Shown: piece by piece, positions 12,899 to 25,981 of the stretch
Layout: every line of letters starts with the position of its first letter
Position numbering within the stretch: the stretch's first letter is position 1
Assembly: GCA_965153455.1 (NCBI GenBank)
Contig: OZ234493.1
Coordinates: 620,001 to 684,000, forward strand
Length of the DNA: 64,000 nucleotides
DNA from: Sphagnum compactum
Lineage: Eukaryota
Direction: 5' to 3'
The notes under the pieces: model-generated
Seen by the model: only the letters and a program-made list of their open reading frames with translations
Database searches by the model: none
Told to the model about the DNA's origin: nothing
Position numbers and translations under genes: made by a program

Positions 12899-13929
12899 TG
12901 TTTGGTTTGTCACATGGTTAAAAAGGTCATTTCAATCAAATGTTTCAATCAAAAGGACCAATATGTGGTTCAAGAACCTTTTGCCCACGCACGCTTTTGT
13001 ACTATAGAATGTTTATTTGTTAATGCTCTTCTGTTTGCATTAGAGCTACATGTAAGTCAAATGGGGTTTCAAAATAGGCATCGACTTCAGGTATTAAAAG
13101 GCTGGGAATCATGTTCAAGTATTCAGTGATAATCAAGCACATCTTTTTTGTGTGAAGTTTTGCAAAATTATTGCCTCATAAAATAGACAGAAATATTGTG
13201 TCCCTATTTAAAACTTGAAACTTTCCACAACTTCTTGAAATTGAAACCTGGGTTCACAATTCCCCTGCCCCTGATGTGTTTTGGTTTCCTTCCTTGCAAT
13301 GGATTTGTCCATTTGTGTCAAGAAATCAAAACAAAATAACCTGAGTTCACAACAGGGATGTCCAAACAGCGAAGATGGAAGGATTTCGAAACTAGAAATG
13401 TACCGACTATACTGCCTCCTGCAATTTTGCTTCATTTGGTCTCACAAGCATTTTATGCTACCCTATTTGGTCCTAACTACTGTGTTTTCTTTCCAAACAT
13501 CAGATATGACATTCAAGGGGGAAGTGGACATATTCTTGTGCAAGAATTTGGTGTTGCAAAAACCAAACACACCAACCCCAAATTCGGATTCCGTCTTTTA
13601 CACGGCCACACTGTAAACTTTGAAAGGAGTTAGAATTTAGAGCCTGATGGTTACTTTATAAAAAATTGGGTGCAATGTACATTGCTGAAAATCATCAACC
13701 CAATACCTAGTTATGGTTGTGGGAGGAGATCACAGGCATCCATCACTTGAATTAATGATTCTAACCTCTCTCTTTAATTTCTGTAATTTCTTTCTTTCTT
13801 TCACAACATTGATTCCACTACTCTATGGAAAGTCGTCTGCTGGCTCTCCAAATTGGGCTCGTTTGTTGGTTACTGCTGCAAAATTGGTGGCCCAATAAGG
13901 ACAATTCTTCTTCACAAAAGCTGAGCTCT

Positions 13930-15294
13930 TCAGAAGAGTTTGCCAGCAGTTTTTTCCTCCGATGAAAACATTGGCATTTGGTTACGCCGACCCAGTTGCA
14001 GTGCAATCTTCTGGTGGTACAACTCTCCGTCCTCTCTCTGGCAAACCGGTATCCTCATCGTGCTTTGAATATCTTGCTCCATTTCTGCATAGTAACCTGC
14101 ACAGTTTCTGTAGAGTTCGAATATCATTCCAATTTGTCCACCATTCGAGAAGCTACTCACCAATACCGCTACTATACTGCAGGCTGCAGCCACTCCTGCC
14201 AAGTGAATCCCCGGCCAGCAACCCAGCAAGCTCAACAAAGCCGCAACCACTGCAAACACTGGAGCCGGTATTGCTAGCCTTTTGTTCGCAATCTCCTTGC
14301 TTCTGGCCGCCCGCACGTATTTTGCGATGTCCGATGTCTGGAGTTTATCTGCTGTGCGCTGGAGGTCCTTCGTGATGGCATCGGTCCAACCATTCGTCTT
14401 GTTGGCTGGGATTTCAGTCTCGGTCAGGTCAGCAATAGGGCCAAGTACGGAGGGTGCCACAACCTTGGGGAATTTCTCGAGGCCGTTGGGCTTCAAAGGG
14501 AGAGGAAACCCGACGTCAAGAGCCTGCAGCCTGCCCATCACCTCTTCCGTGTACAGGTGCGCATCCTTGCGTAGCCGTGGATCGATTAACAAAGTGGTTT
14601 CGATGTCTCTAGCCAGCAGCTTATGGAAGCGAGACGCAGTGCGTTGCTCTTCAGCGAGCTGTGAGGGCTGATACTTGCTGGCCAAGTACATAAATCCAGC
14701 GGCACCGCCGTTGAGAAGGAAGGCTGCCACGGACATGCTCAAAGAGGTACTCCCGACGCCACTGTTCATGGCGGCCAGCATGGCCGCTGCGATGGTGGTC
14801 ATGTTGACAGTCATGTGGCAGAGCTTGTTCCAGTTATCTCGTTAGACACCGATGATGGCATGCATCTCGCTACGATCTTGGGCCGCTAAGGCGATGTTTC
14901 GCAACTGAGCCAGTAGCCTAGAATCCTCCACCCCATTTCTATCAGTCCAGGCTTTGGTATTGCGCTGCGATGGAGATATGGGAGAGCCGGGGCCTGCAGG
15001 ATTGAATGAAGTCCAGTCTTGGTCGACGGAGTCGAACTTGGTGTGTCTGGGTGTGGCGAGTGCACAAGAAGGCCTTAGCGACCTGTAGTTACACCTGCTA
15101 CGCTTTGGTCCATGCCCAGACTTCCTAGAGATCCGAATTGGTACTTGTATCAAACCTTGCGAACTACCATTATGGGTACTAGTAGGAGTAACATAATGGC
15201 TAGCGCTGTAAGCATCACAAACTGCAAATTCGTTTCCAGAAATGAATTGAGAGCCTAGATTACTGGCAGTAGAGAGGGCATTGCAGGCAGCCAT
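13930..15294 (-). pseudogene. PF14476 (petal formation-expressed / At4g22030-like 'probable F-box') gene, copy 1; intronless, premature TAA at codon 151
   Basis: QDRSEMHAIIGV*RDNWNKL, YQPSQLAEEQR, GGQIGMIFELYRNCAG motifs. TAA at 14844-14842 where copy 2 has CAA. N-terminus resembles a plastid transit peptide. Confidence 0.85.
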
Positions 15295-15546
15295 AATGTT
15301 TGTTATGCAAGAATCTAAGCCTCTCAAGCGGAGAGCAGCAGGTGAGGTAAAATTCTAAAGAAAGGTTACAAAATCTAAATTGGTGTGGATGAGGAACTAA
15401 TCTGTCGCTGGAAAAGTGTTAGGATTGTAGTCTGAAGCAAGTGGTGGTGTTGAGGTAGAGGAAGCAAAGAGAGCAGTGAGAGAGGAAACTATGAAGAGAT
15501 GGGAGTTTGGGAATGATGAATGAAGTGGAGGGGGGAAAGAAGAAAG

Positions 15547-15554
15547 CTTTTATA
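15547..15554 (-). promoter_or_regulatory. TATA box of copy 1
   Basis: TATAAAAG on - strand ~250 bp upstream of ATG, followed by a CT-rich leader; conserved in copy 2. Confidence 0.6.
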
Positions 15555-16261
15555 AACAGGAAGAGCTGGAAGTAGTCAAAGGAGAAAGCAGATATTCCCT
15601 CAGAACAAGGGTAAAAGTGGATGCAGTCGAGTCAAAAGCGAGTAGGGAATGACAGGGGTGGCCCATTGGCGATTGTTTGACTACTAATCTCATGCGCAAT
15701 GCCTGCATTCATTATTATAAGTAGAAAAGTAATTCCTCCAAAATCTGACGACTTTGGTGCTTTTTTTTTCACAAAAATCCTTTGTATATGAGTCACACTG
15801 GACTTTTGTTGGTGAAAAATATTGATGTTCACAACTTCTTAGATTCCTTCGTGATTCATGCAATAATGAAATCTTTTGCACGTTCACATCATTTATTGGA
15901 ACATTTTGCAAACTCACAACTTGTTATTTTTTGGTCTGAAAAGTTTTGACTCATCAGACTTCGTTTGTGTTTTGGAAGGTTGGAACTTGGAACTTCAGGT
16001 AGGTTCCATAACTTTTGGAAATGCCCCCAGCCTAAAGACTTAAGTAGTCTGCCATTGTGCCTCTTCATGTCTCTCAAAATATCAAGAACGATATTATTGA
16101 GAGATTCCAAATGATAGTATATCTAAAAGGCATGTTATCAAGAGTAATATTTCCTCTCCTTTTGAGGGTGATTTGAAATATGAAATCTTCGCTCCATTTC
16201 AAAATGCCTCGTTTTCTTTCTTCTCTTTTTTTTTTAATGTTGGATTCTCATTTCATATCCT

Positions 16262-16860
16262 TGCAGGTTGTTGAGAACTTTGTGGGGCATAAAAATGCAA
16301 TCCACCTTGTAATTGAATACGATGTGAAAAAAATTATCTCATTTTTATGAAATGGTTAAACCTTATTGTCCAAGCTCAGGCAATTGTTCCAATTGATGGA
16401 TTTGCTTTTGAAGATGAACATGAAGAAATTAGCATGTTTGGCGTTGGAGCATCCATGGAAAAAAATTCATGGGCATTGCTTATTAGTGAACAATCTTTGT
16501 TTTGGAGATAATCTATCCATCTATCATGTGTGCCAATCCACTAGCTTGGTGGCAAACCCATGAGGGTCAATTTCCAAATGTAGGCTTATTTACCAAACAA
16601 ATTCTTAGGATTCCCAAATCTCAAATTGAGAGCGAAATATTTTTGCTTGGTTGGTGTTTCAACAACTTTGATGTGCTTCTACTTCCAATCGAAAAATTTA
16701 GATTAAATTAGTTATCATTGTGGTAAAATTTGATTTAATGACCTACACTTGATTGTACACCAAACACAAACTTAAAGGACTATATGAAGGCTGAAATTGT
16801 TTTAGCTAAAGAAAATTATCAATTTATTAAACAAGCTAAATACTTTAAAAAGCTGTAAGT
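16262..16860 (+). mobile_element. hAT transposase C-terminal dimerisation domain fossil
   Basis: NPLAWWQTHEGQFPNVGLFTKQILRIPKSQIESE resembles Dimer_Tnp_hAT; frameshifted. Confidence 0.75.
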
Positions 16861-17536
16861 TGATAGGGATTAGATGATTCATTTAAACCTTAGTTCTTAG
16901 TTCTTAATTCTTACTATATTTTTCCCATTTCTCCTTGACCTTAATTTATTTTTCTTTTCAAGTTTGTTGTTATAGGGTTGATTATTTATGGACTAGTTTA
17001 TGGAGGTCAATAAAAATAAAACTTGTCAATCAACTATTGATTTTTTCTTGGGTTTTATGTGTGCAGGGTTGGGGTGTTGATTTTTCAATGTGCTGTAATG
17101 GGCAATGTTCTTTAAAAAAATGGGGTTCAATTCCTCCATAAAGTACTTGATATCAAATGTTTGAATTATTTTTTTCTTTGCACAATGAACATGTGAAATT
17201 TGTTATAAATAACTTCTATGCATATCTAGAGACTACCATGAATTTGAAAACCAACAAATACATAATCAACAATGAACAAATTTTTTCATAGATGGGTACG
17301 TAATTGTCTTTACAAGGAAATTTTGAAATATCCAAATGCATATCATTCACTTAATTTTTAAAAAATAATATGCCCTATTCAAATCCTTTGGACCAGTTTA
17401 AAATATTATAATTGACCAACATTGGTAAAGACTTGTTTGCAAGCTTTACCAAAATAATAACATGCATAATGCGAAGTTAAACATAAACAAGGGCTTTAGT
17501 GAATGTAAAACACTACCAATATTTTTTTAAAATATA

Positions 17537-18611
17537 CATTAGCAAAAAAACTATCATTTGCAACCAACCTTTATAAATAAAAAGTGCCATTTGCAACTAA
17601 AAAATGTCATTTTTAATTTTTAAAAATTCCAAACAATTGTATTAAGTGCAAAAATTGGTTACAAACAATAGTTTTCTTTTACTGATATTAGGGTTCCTCA
17701 CTAACCTAAAGATAAACTATTTAAAAGCCAATTTATCATAGTAACTTTTTGACATGTGGAAATTACCCACTAGCTTGGCAAAAGGGTGAAAGCAAGAAAA
17801 ATGGAGCCAAGCAATGTGTGGACAATCATTAAAAATTATTGTTTGAATCTTTGAAAACTTACCATGGGAACATTATATATAAAAAAAAATCATTTAATTT
17901 TTGAAACAAATTCTTAGACTTTCAAAGTTGCAACTACAAAATTTTCATGAAAATTCACCAAGTTTCAAGAGTTCTTTTATATGTTTAAAGCATTAAAAAA
18001 AACATGTGCACAAGTGGTTTTTTGTATCAAAAGTCTTTTTTCATTATCAAATGTTCACCAAAATTGTTTCATTTTTTTTGAACTTTAATATATTCCATAA
18101 CTAGGGATCCATGTGTTCAAAAACATTCAAAAAATAAAAATGCATATACCCTATTAGATTTTGATATTCAAACGTCTTTAAGCACAGTAATAATTTTGAA
18201 TTTGTAATCATGGTCCAAAGTAAAGTTATATATTTGACTATAATGTAAGGCTTGATGCAAAAACAATTGAGTTTTTCCCATGTGATATGTCATTTTTGGC
18301 TTCAAATTTAATATTTAGTTTGAAAAATTATGTGAAAAATGCATTATAGACCAATAAAAATTGCCATTTAGAAAGTGTAGTCCTTGGAAAGGACTTTAAC
18401 CTTGGCATGATTGGCTCTTTTTTTCATGCTTTCACCCAAAATAGTTTTTGACACATGAAAGCATTAAAAGAAAAAATTACAACTATTTTTTGCATCTAAA
18501 ATTTTAAAATCTTGTTTGTAATTGAAAAAAAATTGCAAACAACATTTCTAGTTATAAATGATAGTTTTGAATTGCAAAAATTAGTTGCAAACAAATAATT
18601 CTCTTCTAATG
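17537..18611. mobile_element. Degraded non-autonomous CACTA-like element
   Basis: Imperfect inverted ends CATTAG(C)AAA.../...TCTTCTAATG with inverted subterminal atttgcaac/gttgcaaa repeats; no TSD. Confidence 0.4.
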
Positions 18612-19419
18612 AAGTTACACACCAACTCAATGAATTAATGTCCATCCTTTTCCTTTTTTTTTCTTTTCTTTCTTTGATGTTTTTTATAAAATCTAAAATT
18701 ACAATGTTTGAATATAAGACAATTTTCTAAGACCCAAAAAAAGAATTATTATTATTTTTCAATCATTGTTAAAATTTACAACTACATAACATATTAAACC
18801 AATGTGATAAAAGAAAATGTGTTCCCTATTGCTCTTATGGAACACACTTAGAAGCATGAAATTTCACAAAATATAGTAGAAATTTTTATTAATTTAACAA
18901 GATATCATTTTATCTATTGGCATACAACAATCGACTATACCTATAGTAATGTAATTTTAAAATAATCCAAAGTTGTCCTTGTAATCTTGTAAAAATAGTC
19001 CATTCCTTTTTGGTACCCTAATCATGAATGCACCCTTAAAGAGAAAGAAGAAAAAACTCATCAAAAGAAGACTCAAGGGGATTTTCTTGGCTATCCACAC
19101 ACTACACAAAAATGTCACACCAATTAATGAACTACAACAAATCATCGAACACATCATTAATGTGGTGATAGTTGACTACACAATGTAGTATAAGAGGAAC
19201 CATAAGGTTGATGAGGAAAAATACTTGATGTAGGCAAAATGTTTTTCAATACTTCAAGAATAATATCTATAAACCTTTCACAACAATTTCTTTTCATAGT
19301 TGATGATGAAACAAAAAAACATTACAAAGAAAAAGGAGACACAAATAGAAAAAAAGAATGAAATCACAACTTACAAAAACTTTAAAATGTTTGAAGATGT
19401 AAGATTGTAGTTTAGAATG

Positions 19420-19925
19420 CACTACAACAAAAGTTGTCTTTTAAGTTGTCTTTTATGATTAAGTTTTAGTCATAAAAGATAGCCAAACAAGATGACGCTA
19501 TAGTCAAATTAGACCAATCATTTTAAACAAGTCAAAATGTAGTAGTTAAATCATATCAAACACAACAAAATACTTAATTATGTCCAACATGGCATGTTTG
19601 ATATGACTAAACTGTAGTAGAGTGCTACATGACATGGTGACTAGGTGGCATGTCTAACATGACTAAAATTTAATATAGTGTTATCTGACATGGTGACATG
19701 TGTCATGTCTATTGTGACGAGATTGTCTATAGTGCTAACCAATGTGTGGGATAGTTATTTGTCGATTTTGATAGAATTGTTGTTAAATTTGGCTAGGATT
19801 GATATTTTCTTGTTTATTATGACTAATCTACTAGCAATCCTTGTTGACATGGAGAAATAATTGTCATGTCTTTTTTTACTATACTATCTGGTAGTCCTTA
19901 CTAACATGGATACATGTGTAACATT
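19420..19925 (+). mobile_element. CACTA-type terminus with subterminal short repeats
   Basis: CACTACAACAAAA at 19420, then repeated acatggtgac/catgtc/gactaa motifs. Confidence 0.4.
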
Positions 19926-21899
19926 TTGTTTGGCTAAACCATAAACCTCCAGCAAAAAAAGGGTGTATTTCATCATCCATATTACGGTTTCCCAACAATG
20001 TATAATCAAACCTTCTTGTCCAAACTTTTCAGCAAATCCTTTTAAGGTCTTCAAATAACATCTATTTTATTTTATATGACCATGTTGTAGGTGGGTAGTT
20101 TCCCTAGGTTTGGAGCATTGTTGTGCGTGTTCTTGGATCATTGAATAAGAGTTGTCAATTTCAGATCCAAGTACCTGGACCCTACCCAGAATTAGCCCCT
20201 AATTTTGGAACTAACTGGAATTGGTGGTGGTGGTGATCATGATGTTTCAAAGTGATGAATAGGCGGGGGCCATTCATGCGATGCTCCTTCACAAGTCTTC
20301 ATTCTTTGGGTAAGTTTTCTTCCTCTTCTCGTGTTGTTATTGCTACTAGTTAATTTTTTCATGTTGTTCTTAGTGTTGGTTGCCCTTTTTTCCTTCTTGT
20401 ACATTGCTCCTATTGTTGGTCCTCCTTTTCCTCTACATGCAATTGGCTACCCTTTTCTTCTTCTCTTGTTCATTTTGCTATTGGACGTCCTTTTTTTTTT
20501 TTTTTGTTATTCTTGTTGTTGATCACCCTCTTCCTCTTCTCCTTTTCGTCCTACTGTTGCTTGTCCTCTTCTTCTTCTCATGTTGCTCATGTTTTGGGTC
20601 TCCCTTTTTTTCTTTTCTTGTTATTTTCATGCTAGTCATCCTTTTCTCATGTTGTCCCTACTACTGTTATTTTTTTAATGATGCCATGTCTTTTGGGTTT
20701 TAAATATGGAGGATGAAGAATCTCTTGGGTAAAAACACAGTAACCATGGCGACCAAGGTCAGAATCCTTACCAAGGACTACATTTTACACGTGTCTTACA
20801 TGTATTGGTCTATTAATTATAAAAACTGTATTTTAAATGTAATTTCTAGGACTAGATATTAACATTGAAACCAAGCATGAATCAAATTTTAATAAAAGCT
20901 ATATTTTTTTACATGAGGACCTAGATTATAATCAAATGTATAATTATTTTTTAAATTTTGAACTTTTTTGACCATTAAAGACGTTCAAAATGAAAATCAA
21001 CAACATTTTTAAAAAGGATTCAATACATGTGCATTTAAAAATATAAACACATGTTGCCTTTCTTATGAATTATATTAGAGCCCATAATAAATTTGAAAAC
21101 ATTTGATGAAGGTTTGAGTAACAAAAAACACATTCAAATTTTAGAGTGCTTAAAAAGACCTTGTCAACAAGTGCTTTGTGTATGACAAAATACTCTATTA
21201 ACATAGTGAAATGACTTCAAATTCATCGGAGTGCAATTTCATGAGCACCAAAACATAATTACAAATTATGGATAAATAATTCATTAAATATAATTAATGG
21301 TGATTTTCTAAAGTAATGTAAGTGCAGTTTTAAACATTGTCTACAACTTCCTTGACTCCTTTCACTGTGCTTTTACTCTCCTCCAACAAAGGTAGTGTAT
21401 CCAATGGAGCTTCCTTTGGAGGCACATTGTTATGGCTTTGCATCAATTTTTGGTGTTGCCACTACAACAACAATAGGGGAAAACTCTTTAAACACAAATG
21501 GTATAATCTTGTGGGAATTATTGGCAAAAAATTGAGATATCTAGAAAGAAAAGCAACAAAATTCCATTGCTTGGGCTTTTTATGCACCCATTAATTTTTC
21601 TCCTTCTCCATTGCTTAAAGTAAGTTCAAGTTCAATTCCAAATCAGATGGAGCAATTGAAAATGTGTTCTTTGTTATTCAAGTATTTTGAATGCAAGATA
21701 AAAAAGGGGCATGATAAATTACTATTTTACAAACAATATATCTTTTCTTTGGAAACATTTGAAAGTCAATCATCAGCAAATTTGGACATATTGGATTGAT
21801 CGAGAAAAAGAAGGGCTTAAAATAAAAAGATTCAAGTAACCAAAAAAAGGCTTGGCCCAACCCCTAGCAATAGTTTTGCATTCTTTAATAGTAGTGTTA

Positions 21900-23650
21900 T
21901 TTACAACAAAAATGATCCTCAACAAAATCATGTCTTGTTGATTGTTAAGGAGCTTGTGCCATTGTCAATTATGGAGGTGCCATTTTTTCAAAGATTGGTT
22001 TTGAAACAAAATCCTTGTATCAATTTTCCATCAAGGCATCACTTGAGTTGCAAAAAGGACCAAGGAAAGGTTTGTATCTCCAACTATTGATTCATGAAAT
22101 ACTTGCATTGTGAGTTTTGATGTTGGGATGTCAAGAGCAAATGTGGACACTTTTGTTCTCATTGTGCATTTCTTGAATGACAAGTGGGAACTTTGTCATG
22201 TAATTGTTGGATTATTTTTTGAAATTGTATAAACATCTAGAAGTGCCATGGCTTTGCAAGTGAATGATGTGCTTGTAAAGCACATGCTTAATGTTTATGT
22301 TGTTGCATATGTCAAAGATGAGGGAAATAATTTTTCCACCATGACTTTGCTTTGACTTCTATTGTGTCTTATGCAATTTTGGGGTTGTCAACACCTTTTG
22401 GACATAAGGTCTCCTTGGGACTGTACCATGTCCAAATGTTGTTAGCATGTTATAGATGTCTCCAAGGTTTATGCTAGGTTGACATCAATTTTGATCAAAG
22501 AGACACAATCTATTTTGCAAAAGATCATCACATGGACCAAAAAGAATGGTAAGGGACGGCAAGTGGGGCAAAAAGCATGTTTGGCTAATAAGGTGCCTCC
22601 CCACAAGCTTAAAAATCATGTGAAAATTAGATTTGCTTCAAAACTCATCATATTCTTGAATTTAAACATGTCAAATTGCCCTTTGTTATGGAAGGTAATA
22701 GTCATTGGCACTTCAAAGCCATGTGCCAAGTCCACAAGTATAGGCAATTGCCCAAATTGTTTATGATACTTTAGGGCCAATGGGCCAACAATGTGTGTTG
22801 AATGAAAGTCGAGGCTATTAGTTACTTTTTGAAGCCATTGTTGTGATAATCACTTGTATATCAAATGTGAGTGGGCCTTAGGACACCAAATTCCAGTGAA
22901 ACCCAAAACTTTGATAGTGAGCTTCAAGTCTTCAAACAATGCAATGTGCAAAAATAGTTTTAGATCCCTTCCTTTCATTTATGCTTAGTTTCAACACTAA
23001 GGCTCACAACATGTTGGCTATGATGTTAGATCCCCACTACAAGGGGTTGGGGGTGGTCATTCAATATGTTGGCAAGAATAGAGCTTTTCAAATTGTAGGT
23101 GAATATGATAAATTGGTATTGTTCCCCCTCTTGGTTTGTGCATGCAAGTTTTTCAACCTAGTTGATGCAAGTGAAAGAATTCATAGTGTTGCATTTAGAA
23201 GTTCTCAATTTACAAGTTTGTATGACCTCATGGATAGTAATGACGACTTGGCATTGTCAATGGTGAAAGAATAGTCAAACCATTTTAGGATCAAGGTCAT
23301 TGAAGAGGAGTGCAAAGATTCACTATCATGGAGGAAAGTGCATGAGGCACAACTTTCTTATGTTAAGTTTGTAGCTTGCCAAATTTTGGGGATTGTTGGT
23401 TCTTAAATTGAGGCAAAGTCTTCAACATTGCAAGTGTTTGCACAAACCTTTGATGATCTCAATTAGGCATGGACAATCTTTAAATGCTTATAAACATTTA
23501 CAAGAATTGGCCAGACGATGCTTGAGTGATGATTTGGCATCCATGAGACAATTTATGGAAATGGAAAAAGCCCCAATGGAGAAGAATGAGAAGTTAATTG
23601 ACAAGCTTGGGCCTTTGAAGTTAGATGAAAGCTGCAATAGGCTTTAGGTA
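21900..23650 (+). mobile_element. Decayed hAT transposase (core plus dimerisation domain)
   Basis: Fragments FDVGMSR, LQKIITWTKKNGKG, KIRFASK, KAHNMLAMMLDPHYKGL, and a CKDSLSWRK-like dimerisation region; many stops and frameshifts. Confidence 0.8.
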
Positions 23651-24348
23651 TAACTTATTACTTTCTTTTTTTTAATTGGTAGGATTATGTCTAGTTTAGT
23701 TGAGTTGTTCATTTTTTCTAATTGTTTGTCCTACATCTTGGAGCAATAGAATGACCATGGAGCCTAATCCTAGGATATGATGAACCCTAAAAAGTTGCTA
23801 GGATTGATGTTTTGGTTCTTCTTTGTAATGTCATATTGAATTAGTGTTTTTTTAAACCTTTGCTTTTGGCTTTGGGGGTGATTGAGGGGATACTGGAGGG
23901 GGCAGATTTGGGCCGATTTCAATGTTGAATTGGGCTGTTGAACTGGACATATTCTGGTGTACAACTTTGGTGCTGGCAAAAACCAAACACAGCAACCCCA
24001 AATTCAGATTCTGTCTTTTACACGGCCACACTGCAACTTTGGAAGGAGTTAGAATTTAGAGCCTGATGGTTACTTTACAAAAAATTGGGTGCAATGTACA
24101 TTGGTGAAAATCATCAACCCAGTACCTAGTTATTGTAGTGGGAGGAGACCACAGGCATCCATCGCTTAATCTAATGATTCTAACCTCTCTCTGTAATTTC
24201 TGTAATTTCTTTCTTTCTTTCACAACATTGATTCCACTACTCTATGGAAAGTCCTCTGCTAGCTCTCCAAATTGGGCTAGTTTGTTGGTTACTGCTGCAA
24301 AATTGGTGCCTCAATAAGGACAATTCTTCTTCACAAAAGCTGAGCTCT

Positions 24349-25713
24349 TCAGAAGAGTTTGCCAGCAGTCTTTTCCTCTGATGAAAACATTGGCATTTGG
24401 TCACGCCGACCCAGTTGCAGTGCAATCTTCTGGTGGTACAACTCTCCGTCCTCTCTCTGGCAAACCGGTATCCTCATCGTGCTTTGAATATCTTGCTCCA
24501 TCTCTGCATAGTAACCTGCGCAGTTTCTGTAGAGCTCAAATATCATTCCAATTTGTCAACCATTCGAGAAGCTACTCACCAATACCGCTACTATACTGCA
24601 GGCTGCAGCCACTCCTGCCAAGTGAATCCCCGGCCAGCAACCCAGCAAGCTCAACAAAGCCGCAACCACTGCAAACACTGGAGCCGCTATTGCTAGCCTT
24701 TTGTTCGCAATCTCCTTGTTTCTGGCCGCCCGCACGTATTTTGCGATGTCCGATGTCTGGAGTTTATCTGCTGTGCGCTGGAGGTCCTTCGTGATGGCAT
24801 CGGTCCAGCCATTCGTGTTGTTGGCTGGGATTTCCGTCTCGGTGAGGTCAGCAACAGGGCCAAGTACGGAGGGTGCCACAACCTTGGGGAATTTCTCGAG
24901 GCCGTTGGGCTTCAAAGGGAGAGGAAACCCGACGTCAAGAGCCTGCAGCCTGCCCATCACCTCTTCCGTGTACAGGTGCGCATACTTGCGTAGGCGTGGA
25001 TCGATCAACAAAGTGGTCTCGATGTCCCTTGCCAGCAGCTTGTGGAAGCGAGACGCCGTGCGTTGCTCTTCAGCGAGCTGTGAGGGCTGATACTTGCTGG
25101 CCAAGTACATAAATCCGGCGGCACCGCCGTTGAGAAGGAAGGCTGCCACGGATATGCCCCAGGAGGTACTTCCGACCCCGCTGTTCGTGGCGGCCAGCAT
25201 GGCCGCTGCGATGGTGGTCATGTTGACAGTCATATGGCAGAGCTTGTTCCAGTTATCTCGTTGGACACCGATGATGGCATGCATCTCGCTACGATCTTGG
25301 GCCGCTAGGGCGATGTTTCGCAACTGAGCCAGTAGCCTAAAATCCTCCACCCCATTTCTATCAGTCCAGGCTTTGGTATTGCGCTGCGATGGAGATACGG
25401 GAGAGCCGGGGCCTGCAGGATTGAATGAAGTCCAGTCTTGGTCGACGGAGTCGAACTTGGTGTGTCTGGGTGTGGCGAGTGCACAAGAAAGCCTTAGCGA
25501 CCTGTAGTTACACCTGCTACGCTTTGATCCATGCCCAGACTTCCTAGATTTCCGAATTGGTACTGGTATCAAACCCTGTGAACTACCATTATGGGTAGCA
25601 GTAGGAGTAATACAATGGCTAGAGCTGTAAGCATCACCGACTGGAAATTGGTTTCGAGAAATGAATTGAGAGCCTAGATTACTGGCAGTAGAGAGGCCAT
25701 TGCAGGCAGCCAT
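24349..25713 (-). pseudogene. PF14476 / At4g22030-like gene, copy 2; intronless, premature TGA at codon 386
   Basis: Colinear with copy 1 (both 1365 nt). TGA at 24558-24556 where copy 1 has GGA. Downstream frame remains open to ...TAGKLF*. Confidence 0.85.
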
Positions 25714-25974
25714 AGTGTTTGTTATGCAAGAATCTAAGCCTCTCAAGCGGAGAGCAGCAAGTGAGGTAAAATTCTAAAGAAAGGTTAGAAAATTATCTAA
25801 ATTGGAGTGGATGAGGAACTAATTTGTTGCTGGAGAAGTGTTAGAATTGTAGCCTTCTGCAAGTGGTGGCGTTGTGGTTGAGTAAGCAAAGAGAGAAGTG
25901 GGAGAGGAAGGTATGGACTCTGGAGAGATGGGAGTTTGGGAATGATGAATGAAGTGGAGGTGGGAAGGAGAGCT

Positions 25975-25981
25975 TTTTATA
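25975..25981 (-). promoter_or_regulatory. TATA box of copy 2
   Basis: TATAAAA at the equivalent position to copy 1. Confidence 0.6.

Noticed and set aside
13962..14671. Plus-strand ORFs of 99-137 aa conserved in both duplicates (also 24381-25327)
   Set aside because: Antisense shadows of a GC3-rich coding gene; conservation is explained by the duplication
14842..14844. U-to-C RNA editing repairing TAA to CAA
   Set aside because: Such editing is known from organelles of some plant lineages; this locus is nuclear and a C>T transition is the simpler explanation
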